This document shows, one piece after another, positions 9,135 to 19,111 of a DNA stretch of 38,596 bases. How positions within the stretch are numbered: position 1 is the first letter of the stretch; each line of letters opens with the position of its first letter. The translations under genes and the position numbers were made by a program. The notes under the pieces were generated by a model. The model was given only the letters and a program-made list of their open reading frames with translations, ran no database searches and had not been told where the DNA came from. The DNA comes from a virus. Lineage: Duplodnaviria > Caudoviricetes. Location of the stretch: IMG/VR virus record IMGVR_UViG_3300032257_000052, positions 1-38,596 of that record; one strand, given 5' to 3'.

Positions 9135-10561
9135 CGCCCAGCCAGCCTTAAATCAATTGCCGCAGAATATAAGCTAAATGATACAGGGTCCGATGTTGTC
9201 AACCTAACCATGACATCATAAAAGCTTTTCATATTAAACCATTCGGCTCTGATATTAGTTTCTCCAAGACGGCCAATTCTTAACCATGTACCAGTTGTCC
9301 ATGACTTTCCACCATCATATGACGCTTCAAGCATTATTTTCGGGTCACTACCCTGCCCAGTCAATAAACCAACGCCGGATTCTATAATAAATTCCATTCT
9401 GCTCATCTCTACCCTGTGGCCTTTCTGTCCTAATGCATCGCCATTAATGGAAGAAATTACACGCCTACGCCTCCAAACTTCCCCTGCTTGATTATAGGTA
9501 TTAAAATCTAATTTATTTAACTTTCCATTTGATCTGTCGCCTACTAATATTTCCCCATAACATTCAAGCATTGAGCCTGCATTATACCGTCCGTCTGTTA
9601 TACCCTCTGACAGCTCAAACCAGCCATTTACTCCCAATTCTTCAATGATCGCTAATGTTTTATTAGCTGTCGGAAAAGTTAACACGTAGACTATTTTATT
9701 GTCTATTGTTATCACTTCACTAAACGCATCGCCAGAATATGAATAACCTTGTATTTCGCCAGATATTGCAGCCGTGCTTATTATTTGCTCCTGCCCTCCT
9801 CTGGCCCTGTAAACATTGCAATCTGAGCCTAACCAGTATATAAAATCCTTAGAATGACTAACAGAGTGCTTAGCCTTTAAACCGACATTAATTATTTGCC
9901 CCTCTATCCTTGAAAAAGGCGGAGTGCCAACGCCTGAATTCCACCAGCTAGGGCATGTTCGAGTGCTGAAACGGTATAATGTTTGATCAAAAACATAATC
10001 CCTAACTAGATTGTCTGGGTTACTTTCAGCGCCCACGGCGTTAAGGCTAGATGCACTGGAACCATCGCCAACCGTGCTAAAAACAGTTAAAGTCGGGAAA
10101 GTGTAAGCGAACTGATTGTTTATAAATGCTACAGATAATGCACCAGCAATACTGGTATCAGTTACACTTTTTACTAAATTTGTTGAGTTACTATATTGAT
10201 ATACAAGGCCATTCGTCACAATATACATGTTTACGCCATCATCAGCAAAAATACACCTATCGAATCCAGCTATAGTGCCCCTGTTTGTATGAGTTCCATC
10301 AGATAATACTTCATATAGAGTGGTATCTATAACTCTATATGCAATCTCAACCATCTGGTGCATACCTCTATCCGTGCCTGCCGTGGCAGATCCTATATTA
10401 TTCTGTCCAGGGAATGACCTAATAACATACTTATCTTTACCTGAATCAACCAGCTCATGATAAAAATTGCGCGTCTCTTGTGACGAAAGAGGGCGCGACC
10501 TGTCTTTATAGGATGGGCCGGTTATATTAATCGGTATTGTTTGAAATTGTGATTCGGCCAT
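9131..10561 (-). CDS. Tail hub / packaged-DNA stabilisation protein, P22 gp10-like
   Basis: 476 aa, beta-propeller-like; AESNPD and LEASYDGGKSW motifs; synteny. Confidence 0.8.
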   Translation of the reverse strand: MAESQFQTIPINITGPSYKDRSRPLSSQETRNFYHELVDSGKDKYVIRSFPGQNNIGSATAGTDRGMHQMVEIAYRVIDTTLYEVLSDGTHTNRGTIAGFDRCIFADDGVNMYIVTNGLVYQYSNSTNLVKSVTDTSIAGALSVAFINNQFAYTFPTLTVFSTVGDGSSASSLNAVGAESNPDNLVRDYVFDQTLYRFSTRTCPSWWNSGVGTPPFSRIEGQIINVGLKAKHSVSHSKDFIYWLGSDCNVYRARGGQEQIISTAAISGEIQGYSYSGDAFSEVITIDNKIVYVLTFPTANKTLAIIEELGVNGWFELSEGITDGRYNAGSMLECYGEILVGDRSNGKLNKLDFNTYNQAGEVWRRRRVISSINGDALGQKGHRVEMSRMEFIIESGVGLLTGQGSDPKIMLEASYDGGKSWTTGTWLRIGRLGETNIRAEWFNMKSFYDVMVRLTTSDPVSFSLYSAAIDLRLAGR

Positions 10562-11190
10562 TATGGTGTTGCGCCTTCAACACGCATTACCGGGGCTGGC
10601 CCGTATCGCCCTAATTTGTCTTTGTTGTTTGCGCCACGGATAGCGTTAATGAACATCTGATACCAGCCTGCCGCTGCCTGCGTTTCGTTTGTATATTGCT
10701 TCAATGCCCACATAGCACCCGCCCAATAGATAGTTGGATGATTAGTCAATACATCGTTTGTAGTGTTTGAAGCTGATAGAGCGGTAAAGTCTGCATAATA
10801 TTGTATCTCACCGGCATAGACTTGATCTGACACGCGGTCAAACTCAATTTGATCTGTGACGGTAAAGAATTGAGGCAACCCGACATCACTTAATATATTT
10901 AATTGACTGGGTGTTCTGTATCTTAATTCGTAAGATTCCCCGTTGACGATCTGAATGCGTAGCTTACGAGCCGATTGATAGCCCGTAGGCAATGCAGAAA
11001 AGCGAGTTGTTATACTGGTAGCGAAGGCCGTTAAAGTCTCAGCAGATCGTAACTGAAGAGGCTCCACAGTATTAGCTAACATTTCAGACTCAGCAAGATC
11101 GATAAAAGTATCGATCTTCTGGTCTAAGTCATCACGGTGAGACCAGTCAATAATCTCTGTCTTCAAATTCGCGTAAGTATCAAGAGACAC
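10561..11190 (-). CDS. Head-tail adaptor protein
   Basis: TYANLKTEIIDWSHRDDL...FIDLAE N-terminus; lies between capsid and tail hub genes. Confidence 0.7.
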   Translation of the reverse strand: MSLDTYANLKTEIIDWSHRDDLDQKIDTFIDLAESEMLANTVEPLQLRSAETLTAFATSITTRFSALPTGYQSARKLRIQIVNGESYELRYRTPSQLNILSDVGLPQFFTVTDQIEFDRVSDQVYAGEIQYYADFTALSASNTTNDVLTNHPTIYWAGAMWALKQYTNETQAAAGWYQMFINAIRGANNKDKLGRYGPAPVMRVEGATP

Positions 11191-11207
11191 AATCTCACCT
11201 CATTAAA

Positions 11208-11468
11208 TTAATCTTCTTGTTCGGCTTCTTTTGCTGCTTTCAATGCTGGTTTAGGGCCGGGCTTTGCTTTCTGCTTTGGCTCTTTCTTTGGTTCCAAGTC
11301 TATCATGCACGATTCTGTAAATTGCTCATCAACGCCAATAATACGAAACTCACCTTGATCGTCTTTCTCGACTGAGCAAGTAATTGGCTTCAGCGTGAAT
11401 ACCGTGCCTTCTGTGCGTAGTGAACCACCCGTAAAACAACTCATGCCTTCTTTTACTTGTACTTTCAT
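11208..11468 (-). CDS. Hypothetical protein with Lys/Pro-rich C-terminus
   Basis: 86 aa ORF with GGAG RBS. Confidence 0.6.
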   Translation of the reverse strand: MKVQVKEGMSCFTGGSLRTEGTVFTLKPITCSVEKDDQGEFRIIGVDEQFTESCMIDLEPKKEPKQKAKPGPKPALKAAKEAEQED

Positions 11469-11525
11469 GCTGTTACTCCGTTAATCCCCTCCCCGATAAA
11501 GGGGAAGAGCTATTAACATTATGGG

Positions 11526-11996
11526 TTAAGAGATAGTGAAACCATCTGCATAATCAACCGTTGCGTCAATCATACTCATAGGAGTCAGATAAGCCGTAAC
11601 TGTGATTGTGGGGGATGTTCCAGCTAATGTCGCACGAATACCTAAGTATCGAGCGTCATCACCCGCGCCTGTTGGCGGGATAGGGATTGCGAAACGATAA
11701 CCGGCAACTAATAGGTCAGCGTCTTGAGCGTTAGCTGAAGGCGTTCCAGACTCATACACCCGCTGTCCCATAGTTTTACCATTGGTTTGTGCGGCTACTG
11801 CGGCATACTCTACAGTGAAGGTGTAATCTTCATCGCCAGTTGTTTGATCTGCCGCAACATCTACAACAAATAGTACCGCCATCGCCTCACCATTGCCAAT
11901 TGAGCTGGCAACACCTAAGTCAATCACGTTTGTACCAACAGCTGTAGCCGTTAGCGCTTGCGCATCTGCAAGCAAGGTTTGTGAATCTACGTACAT
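11526..11996 (-). CDS. Capsid cement/decoration protein, Bbp16-like
   Basis: MYVDSQTLLADAQALTATAVGTNVIDLG N-terminus, RYLGIR motif, directly after the MCP. Confidence 0.75.
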   Translation of the reverse strand: MYVDSQTLLADAQALTATAVGTNVIDLGVASSIGNGEAMAVLFVVDVAADQTTGDEDYTFTVEYAAVAAQTNGKTMGQRVYESGTPSANAQDADLLVAGYRFAIPIPPTGAGDDARYLGIRATLAGTSPTITVTAYLTPMSMIDATVDYADGFTIS

Positions 11997-12006
11997 TTTA
12001 TTCTCC

Positions 12007-13029
12007 TTAAACCGCTTCGGCTTCTGTTTGGGTTAAAGCGTCCACGATACGAACCGGCACACCCAAGAAAGTTAACTGGTGAATGGTATCACCCCATTGA
12101 TTGATCGCTGGTTCAATTGTTACAGCGCCCGTACTTCGATCCATCGCGATTAAGCGCAGATGAGAAGCGATAGTTTTATTTACATAAAACGCGAGGTTGG
12201 TGCGGCCACCTTTAGGAATACGATCAATAGCGCGAGCCATTAACTTATCAATAGATGTTGCTGCTGTAATAGCCTGGGTACCAGTTTTCGCCAATAAAGC
12301 CGTAATATCAATATTAGGAATTCGCACAGCATGACGCCAATCTTTAACAACCAGGCCATTTTTCCATTTCCACTCGTCCATATAAGCGCGGAAGCGATCG
12401 TTTGAGCTATCAAACGCATCACCTACGCCTAAATCTTCATGGCTAATACCAGCAGAGGAGCCTTTAGGAAATACACCAAATACTGAACGCTGACCCCAGT
12501 TAACTAGCCAGATAGACGAATAAACCGAACCGCCACCCGTGCCACCAGCCACAAGAATGTTTTGTGCATTCGTAGCACCTAGCGTGTTGTATCGAGGGGT
12601 AAACCCAACGAATTGCTCAGGATTAGCGGCTGAGCCGTAAAATAAAGTGGTTGCCATTTGTTGAGACATAGCCTCTACAAAAGCGGTCGCCTCATCCATG
12701 CGGAACTGATTTGTGTTCCCGTTTAGTTCTGCTTCATCTACGTCAATTTCACTACGGGCCGTTAAAATTGCTGCATTCTCAGTGACTTGGGCCTTTGTTG
12801 ATTTAGATTTTGGTGTACCTTGATTAATTAAACGGTAATAGACCGTAGGTAGGCCAGTACGAATACTAGTTTGCTCACCTGTGGGTAGATTACCTTCTTT
12901 GAATAACATATCAGTTAAAACTTCGTTGTCTTGAGATAGTAATTCAACCGTTGCTGCGACTTTGCCGTCTGGGTCAATACTTTTTGCCCAATCTGCCATA
13001 GTCAGCACTGTTGCTGCGATAGTAGCCAT
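12007..13029 (-). CDS. Major capsid protein, epsilon15 gp7 / BPP-1 Bbp17-like
   Basis: LTMADWAK..DPDG...ELLSQDNEVLTDM.FKEGN.PTG...RTGLP; SSIWLVNWG; GLVVKDWR; FLGVPVR. Confidence 0.88.
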   Translation of the reverse strand: MATIAATVLTMADWAKSIDPDGKVAATVELLSQDNEVLTDMLFKEGNLPTGEQTSIRTGLPTVYYRLINQGTPKSKSTKAQVTENAAILTARSEIDVDEAELNGNTNQFRMDEATAFVEAMSQQMATTLFYGSAANPEQFVGFTPRYNTLGATNAQNILVAGGTGGGSVYSSIWLVNWGQRSVFGVFPKGSSAGISHEDLGVGDAFDSSNDRFRAYMDEWKWKNGLVVKDWRHAVRIPNIDITALLAKTGTQAITAATSIDKLMARAIDRIPKGGRTNLAFYVNKTIASHLRLIAMDRSTGAVTIEPAINQWGDTIHQLTFLGVPVRIVDALTQTEAEAV

Positions 13030-13056
13030 GTTTATGCTCCGTTACGTTTCCATTAA

Positions 13057-13956
13057 TTAGCCGGCCTTATCGCCATAAAATACATCAGCGATATTTTTAG
13101 ACTCGACTGCTTTTACTTTTGCCTTAGGTCGTGTCACAACGGGTACTTTCTCGCGCGTTTTACCTATTTCACGGCCCTTTTCTTCAAGCTCGTCATACTT
13201 TGCAGCTTTTAAAATAGTGGTCATGTGGTGCGCTTGAGTTAATTGGCTAAACTCTTCCTGGGTGAATCCTGCTTTTGCCGCATAAGCATTCAAAAGGGTC
13301 ATATCTTTTTTAAATACTTCGGTTGTTTGATTCTTATCGTCGAGCCACGCTGGATTAGCTTCGTAAAGCTTCTTTTGTTGCTCTTGAATCATCGCTGGGT
13401 CATCCGCAGGCGTTTCGCGTTCTGCTTTAACTTTCGCTAATGCGTCTTTGCGTTTATCGCTCTGCTCTTTTAGCCTTATGTACTCGTCTGGATCATCTTC
13501 CTTTAGGTCTACCCAATTTATTTCCTCATCTTCTGCAACCAGTACCGTCAATAGGTCTCGCATATCAGAAACTTGAGCTTTAGTTTTGAGTATATTTTCA
13601 CGTTCAGTTGTCCGCTCAACATCAAAGGTTTTACGCTCATCAGATAATGCGGTCGTCTTCTTCGTGTAGTCGGATTGCATCAAGTGACCATCTTTCCACT
13701 TTCTAACGTCGGCTAAATCTACCTCTTCTCCATCTAATTCGATGAATTGAGAATCTTCGCTTTCGTCTTCGCTTTCTGACTCTTTAGGATCGGCTTTAGC
13801 TTTCGCCTCTACATCACCTAGTTTTTCAAGCTCTTCAACTTCCTGTTCAGGCGCTTGCTCCTGTGGTGTAACAGATTCATCGGTTGGCCTTATAGGCTCC
13901 GCTGCTTCTGATTTGTAAAACGTATCGGCTGGTTCCACTAATGGAGTATCAGACAT
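13057..13956 (-). CDS. Capsid scaffolding protein
   Basis: Acidic N-terminus, QSDYTKKT motif, coiled coil, directly upstream of the MCP. Confidence 0.75.
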   Translation of the reverse strand: MSDTPLVEPADTFYKSEAAEPIRPTDESVTPQEQAPEQEVEELEKLGDVEAKAKADPKESESEDESEDSQFIELDGEEVDLADVRKWKDGHLMQSDYTKKTTALSDERKTFDVERTTERENILKTKAQVSDMRDLLTVLVAEDEEINWVDLKEDDPDEYIRLKEQSDKRKDALAKVKAERETPADDPAMIQEQQKKLYEANPAWLDDKNQTTEVFKKDMTLLNAYAAKAGFTQEEFSQLTQAHHMTTILKAAKYDELEEKGREIGKTREKVPVVTRPKAKVKAVESKNIADVFYGDKAG

Positions 13957-14051
13957 ATGTCTTATTCCTAATTGTTAAGTTATATTTATATAATAGCTTA
14001 ATTGTTATTAAATGCCAAATTTTTGACCAGTCGAATTATTGACGTGACAAT

Positions 14052-14330
14052 TTACTGGCTATCTTCTGGGTTTGCATCAAGTGTTACCTGCGCCATCTTT
14101 CCAGTTTCTGCTATTTCTTGAAAGTAATTCTCTAGCGCGTTCATGTTCTTCATGGTGCGCCAAGCTTCTTCCCTAATGTCGCCCTGATCCTTTCCGGTAT
14201 TACAGAATAACTCGAATATCTGAGCTTTCCGCAGTGTTATGGCATTATTAAACGCCCGACTACCTGTCACAACTTGCATTTCTGCGGCTAATGCTGCCTC
14301 TTGTTTTTCTTGCTCGAATTGTTCTGACAT
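14052..14330 (-). CDS. Small conserved head-module protein
   Basis: 92 aa between portal and scaffold; REEAW...ETGKMA. Confidence 0.6.
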   Translation of the reverse strand: MSEQFEQEKQEAALAAEMQVVTGSRAFNNAITLRKAQIFELFCNTGKDQGDIREEAWRTMKNMNALENYFQEIAETGKMAQVTLDANPEDSQ

Positions 14331-16372
14331 TATTGGACCTCTGGTGTGGCGGTAGTATTGAACTTCTCTTGCAACTCAGTAATTTGAAATGCCAAGTCTT
14401 TCATAAACTGGTCTTGCTTCTGCTGAATAGTGACGTTAAATTGACGCTGGTCTTCTTGAAGCTTGGCAGACTGTATGCTGGCGTCTGATTGAGCTTTAAG
14501 TAAGAACGCTTCCTGTTTAATGGTTTCAGCCTCGGCCAGTGGGTTTTGCAGCGCCTCTAATTGCTGTTGAAGCTGTTGAACCATCTGTGTAAGTATCTCA
14601 TTCTGAGCGGTGACTAATTCTTCAGGCCTATTCGGATCATTGAAATACTCGTCAACCTCTGGCAATCCCGCAGCGGTGGTCATAGTCTTAAGTATATTAA
14701 ATCGCTTAACCTCATCAGTCATCGGGGAATTTGAGGCTTGAAGCTGTTGATGCAATACCCACATGGATGACATAGTTTGCAATATCTGCTCATCATCTCC
14801 GGCACCTAGCCCAACTTTGCTAACCACACTATGCTTAAACTTCCAGTTAGACGGATCAACCTTTAGCTCTTCACCTAGAATCTCCACCTCTACCTCAGTG
14901 TTCTGAAAATTCTCATCCAACCATGCAACGCCCTCATACAATTGACGAAAGCCTGTTTCAGCCATTACCCGTGCAACTAGTTCAACCTTTGCGCCTGATG
15001 CGTCCTGAACACCATTGAACCGCGTTGCTGTCTCTTTTCCTAGATCATCAGCGTTAAGACCCTGCGAGGCCATTAACGAGCCGGTTGTTTGTGCCCTTGA
15101 TTGATCCAAGTATTGAATTATTTGGAGGGATTTATCACCTACATATGGAGTTATGATAGGTAAAAAGTCATTACCTACTGGCCCGTCCCCTTTAGACCTG
15201 ACAACCCTATTAGGGCGTATGACCAGTAAATCATCCATGTTCACATTTTTATTTATATAAGTACCAGGATGATTTACCGCATAAATGTTATCCATTGTGC
15301 CACGTAAGACGGCTGTTTTAATGCGTGCTGTAGGGGCCGTTATTTCTGCGCGGCTCTTGCCAATTGCTTTATGCGGCATGAGAATTGACGACATAATTGC
15401 ATAGGGTACATGATTAAACACTTCGTTAACCAGAATCGTATCACCAGAGCGCATAATATGACGCCTTTCTGGTATGCCATCGCTATCAAAATCTATTTCA
15501 GGATACAGGTCTTCAACTAAAACCTCTTCACTTGCCCATGAATCTATTTTATTTTCATCTTCTTTCCCGCCTTCAGCTCTATCTCTAATATCCTTTAACC
15601 GTGAATTCTCTTGAGGATCACCGGCGAGCGTCAAACTTTTGACTATCTCTTCTTTAAATCCTAATGCTATTAACTCTCCCCGCTTCATTAACGAGACATC
15701 ACCGACTACATCGGCATCTTCTTTGCTTGATGCGTTCTTAGTCATACGGAAGTTTTCAAGCTCTACGCCGATCAATCTAACGTATTTGGTGGTTCGCTCA
15801 ACCTTTACAACAACGCTGTTTTCTTCTGTCTCGTCGTCGCTTTCTTCTTCCCTGACAACCTCAATGCTTTTTACATCTTTACCTTTTAGGGTTTTTTCAA
15901 ACGATGCTATTTCTTTGTTGCTTAACCCGGTCTTCTTATGCTCTTCGACCTCTGTCTTTTCTTCGATAAAGTATTTGATTACTGATGTTTTCTGAATACA
16001 TGCATTTTTAAGGAAGCCATGCAATATAGGAAATGACCAGTCTTGCTCTCTAATCTGCCAGTTAACATACTTAGTCTTACTTTCTGCTTCTGATACGTCT
16101 CCTTTATCTGATGATTTATTCGGCTTAAACTTTAATATCTCACCTGGGCCTAAGAAGATCCTAGCAAGCGAAGGCATATCGGCCTCGACTACATCCATTA
16201 CATCATTAGATATAACCTTTGATCGTTCTGGTAGCTCGTCGCCATATGGATTCCCCTCATACCGATCTAATAAATCTTCATTTTCTCTAATGAACGTCGA
16301 ATTATTCCCCGTTGCGTCCGAGGTCATTTTGTCGAGTTCACTGTTCAGTGTCGCTTCGTTCATGTCTGCCAT
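14330..16372 (-). CDS. Portal protein (P22-like, long C-terminal coiled coil)
   Basis: 680 aa after TerL; YEGNPYGDE, DVVEADMPSLARIF, ETAT motifs; Gln-rich barrel-like C-terminus. Confidence 0.85.
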   Translation of the reverse strand: MADMNEATLNSELDKMTSDATGNNSTFIRENEDLLDRYEGNPYGDELPERSKVISNDVMDVVEADMPSLARIFLGPGEILKFKPNKSSDKGDVSEAESKTKYVNWQIREQDWSFPILHGFLKNACIQKTSVIKYFIEEKTEVEEHKKTGLSNKEIASFEKTLKGKDVKSIEVVREEESDDETEENSVVVKVERTTKYVRLIGVELENFRMTKNASSKEDADVVGDVSLMKRGELIALGFKEEIVKSLTLAGDPQENSRLKDIRDRAEGGKEDENKIDSWASEEVLVEDLYPEIDFDSDGIPERRHIMRSGDTILVNEVFNHVPYAIMSSILMPHKAIGKSRAEITAPTARIKTAVLRGTMDNIYAVNHPGTYINKNVNMDDLLVIRPNRVVRSKGDGPVGNDFLPIITPYVGDKSLQIIQYLDQSRAQTTGSLMASQGLNADDLGKETATRFNGVQDASGAKVELVARVMAETGFRQLYEGVAWLDENFQNTEVEVEILGEELKVDPSNWKFKHSVVSKVGLGAGDDEQILQTMSSMWVLHQQLQASNSPMTDEVKRFNILKTMTTAAGLPEVDEYFNDPNRPEELVTAQNEILTQMVQQLQQQLEALQNPLAEAETIKQEAFLLKAQSDASIQSAKLQEDQRQFNVTIQQKQDQFMKDLAFQITELQEKFNTTATPEVQ

Positions 16373-18054
16373 TATACGATTCTCATATCTGGATAGTTTA
16401 GAGGCTCCATGACAGCCTCAATAACGGGTTTGAATAGGCACATCATAACGCTGTCGGCGTCATTTGGCGAATCTATGCCAAGCAATTTCATTTCTTTTTT
16501 ATTCATTATTTGTATTAATCCGTTCGGATTATCTTTTTTAGGTATGTGACAAATCTCAGACCGTAGCCTTGTAATATTTTCTATTCCATCAGAATCAAAG
16601 CTTATCATATCATCTGGATCAACGTATTCACCCTTGACCACGCACCTGTATGTGTTATAACAGCGTGTCGCTAGATCAGTATAAAACTGTGCCCGATTGT
16701 TTTTAAATGTTTCTGCGTATGTTTTCTTTGCGCTTTCATCGCCGTACTGGGGTTGGTAGATCTTCTTTGCATTGTCCTGTCCTATTCCAGACAGTGAGCC
16801 TCGGAACATGTGGTATTTAATTGGCGTTCCAGCAAAGGCGGTTGATACCTGTCTCTTAAGCCCCGCGCCCATCCCGTCACCATCCCACACAAACCAGCTT
16901 GCACCGGCTTGAATGGCTTCACCTGTCGCCCAGTCGCAACCCTCATCTATCTCTCCGGTATCCTTGGATGCTACCTTTGTGATTATTGAACCATGTCGTA
17001 TAGCCAGCCCTTTTGCGTCGTTACCTGTATCTGATGGATCATGCGCCGCGACTATCGCACCGTGAGGTGTAAACACTTTCTTAAGTCTATCTATCTTATG
17101 GGCATCAATGCACGCATCAAGCCATTCAGACTTAATGATGGCGTCTTCTATCTCGTCGTTATAATCACCTAGCCATTTGTGATTGTAATAAGCCCGTGAC
17201 ATATTTTCATAATCCCATTCCCTTTCACTTTCTAGTCCTGAGTCCTCAAACCACGGGTTATCGCAATAGTTAATCTTAACGATTAAATGCAGATCATCTT
17301 CATAAAAGCCGCACTTATCTATGTCGTCTTTATATGGCTCGATGAATCTCTGACTAAATGGGTCTGCGCTGCTGCCAGGGTTGGCTATGAATATCATTGA
17401 TACAGAGTCTAAATCAGGGTGAGTTTCTATGTCTTGCAATACCGACTCATCTTTAAATCGTTTAGGCAGGCCATTGACTGGTGCTTTTCTTAGTGATGGG
17501 GTTAATACATTAAGTGATTCCTGCGATATGAACTGAGCCTCTTCAATCTCAAACCGGTTAAACCCATGGGTAGATTTAACCGAATCAATGTTTCTGGCTA
17601 TACCGGCAAACTCAAATACAGATTGTTCCTGGTAGTTAATTGATTGCTTTTGTACCTCGAACCCTTCAAAGCCAAATCTATTAACCTCACTCTTAACCAG
17701 TGAGTGGACAGAGTTCTTTATACTAGATTGAAATTCTCGGAGGAAATACGTTCTGTTTTTGTAGTCTTTACCGTCTGCGATAGCTATGTCAACGCCTGCA
17801 ACTGACTTTGTGCTACCTCGTCCACCTATCAGCACTATAAACCGCTTTGTTGACTTAATAACTCGCTCTATCTTTTCAGCAACGTATATATCTGGCTCTA
17901 AATCAACCTCTATCCATTCGTGTTTAATCTTCTGTATAGCGCGTAAGAATCCTTTGTCTGGGCAGACAATACCAAATACTGTTTTCCTGTGTGACTTTCT
18001 GCGATTAAGTTCTATTCTCGCAGACGCCCTTAGTTCAAGTTCCGCTCGATCCAT
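16372..18054 (-). CDS. terL: Terminase large subunit
   Basis: Walker A GGRGSTKS, LREFQSSI, Walker B-like EIEEAQ, ANP motif III, nuclease motifs HDPSD, WDGDGMG and SPNDADS. Confidence 0.93.
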   Translation of the reverse strand: MDRAELELRASARIELNRRKSHRKTVFGIVCPDKGFLRAIQKIKHEWIEVDLEPDIYVAEKIERVIKSTKRFIVLIGGRGSTKSVAGVDIAIADGKDYKNRTYFLREFQSSIKNSVHSLVKSEVNRFGFEGFEVQKQSINYQEQSVFEFAGIARNIDSVKSTHGFNRFEIEEAQFISQESLNVLTPSLRKAPVNGLPKRFKDESVLQDIETHPDLDSVSMIFIANPGSSADPFSQRFIEPYKDDIDKCGFYEDDLHLIVKINYCDNPWFEDSGLESEREWDYENMSRAYYNHKWLGDYNDEIEDAIIKSEWLDACIDAHKIDRLKKVFTPHGAIVAAHDPSDTGNDAKGLAIRHGSIITKVASKDTGEIDEGCDWATGEAIQAGASWFVWDGDGMGAGLKRQVSTAFAGTPIKYHMFRGSLSGIGQDNAKKIYQPQYGDESAKKTYAETFKNNRAQFYTDLATRCYNTYRCVVKGEYVDPDDMISFDSDGIENITRLRSEICHIPKKDNPNGLIQIMNKKEMKLLGIDSPNDADSVMMCLFKPVIEAVMEPLNYPDMRIV

Positions 18055-18496
18055 TTATTATCGCTTTTAGTTCTTCTTCTGATTTTTCAGTTAGGTCAAC
18101 TACCCCCAATGCACCGGACAGCGCTTGCTCTGTTTTATCCTTCCAACCAAAGTTATTCTTCAGGTTAAATATTGACCCTGTAACATTGTTACCCGCTAGT
18201 CTTTGCTCTAATGAAATCTCTATTCTAAGCTTTGCTCTTTTTATAGTGTCAAGAAATTCGTCCTTTTTCTCGTAATCACATAATGCTTGTCTTGACATAT
18301 TAAGAGTATAAGCAAGTCCTGATACAGTAGGTACAACGCACTCCATACCTTTAATTATTAGCAATTGATCTTCTGTTAGTTCTTTTAGAATTTCTTCGTC
18401 GTCTGATTGATGCGCTTTACATGCTAAAAAATACAGGTCTATTAGTTCCTGCATTTCAGCTGCTGTATTATATTTTGGTGGTCTTCCGGCTGGCAT
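18035..18496 (-). CDS. terS: Terminase small subunit (P22 gp3-like)
   Basis: GRPPKY, PTVSGLA..L, IFNLKNNFGWKDK; directly upstream of terL. Confidence 0.85.
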   Translation of the reverse strand: MPAGRPPKYNTAAEMQELIDLYFLACKAHQSDDEEILKELTEDQLLIIKGMECVVPTVSGLAYTLNMSRQALCDYEKKDEFLDTIKRAKLRIEISLEQRLAGNNVTGSIFNLKNNFGWKDKTEQALSGALGVVDLTEKSEEELKAIINGSSGT

Positions 18497-18498
18497 GT

Positions 18499-18795
18499 CT
18501 ATCCCCCTGTCCTAACAATGGCTATCTTTGCGCCTAGACGATGAGTAATATTAATAACGTCCTGGATCACAGTATTAGCTGGGTCGCACATAAATACATA
18601 GCTTTTTTCTGGGTCTATTTCGATTATATTAGAGTTTTCTTCACCTATGCTTAAAACTTCAAAGTCAGATGATTGATACACGTCCATTTCTTCTGATGTT
18701 AGCGGAATTATTGCGCCAGGCTTTGATTGCTCAGATAGCTTCTGTATAAGTGATTGAGCTGCGGCTGTTGTTTCATCTACTAAGAACATAAACAT
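18499..18795 (-). CDS. Hypothetical protein, first gene of the late operon
   Basis: 98 aa ORF with AAGGA RBS, abuts terS. Confidence 0.6.
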   Translation of the reverse strand: MFMFLVDETTAAAQSLIQKLSEQSKPGAIIPLTSEEMDVYQSSDFEVLSIGEENSNIIEIDPEKSYVFMCDPANTVIQDVINITHRLGAKIAIVRTGG

Positions 18796-18883
18796 ATTGC
18801 GATTCCTTAAGGTTGTTCGCTCATTAAATAATTTGGCCTTTTACCTTTGGTAGCCTAACCAGCGGGAATCACGATAGTGATAA

Positions 18884-18897
18884 CTTATTATAGCACG
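18884..18897 (-). promoter_or_regulatory. Putative extended -10 promoter (TGcTATAAT) upstream of the packaging genes
   Basis: Minus strand reads cgTGcTATAATaag about 90 bp before the 18795 start. Confidence 0.45.
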
Positions 18898-19111
18898 ATA
18901 TTATGTCATTGCTATAACGATTAGGGCGATTATCATAACCCCGGCCACCATAAACAATAAAATTCCGGTCTGTCTTTGCTTCATTTCTTCCCCTCAAAAT
19001 ATGGTTGCAGCTTAATTAACATTATAGCCTCGCTATATTTGCAAATTTCAGCATAGTACATCGGCGCATCGCAATCGGTTTGGCCGCAATTCCAATAACA
19101 ATCATGATAAC

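Noticed and set aside
1226-13029. Diversity-generating retroelement, suggested by the BPP-1-like capsid
   Set aside because: No reverse transcriptase ORF and no template/variable repeat pair seen
13960-14050. Shared TATAACTTA in the AT-rich gaps upstream of the scaffold and 1175 genes as a late-promoter motif
   Set aside because: Only two short AT-rich instances; not distinguishable from chance
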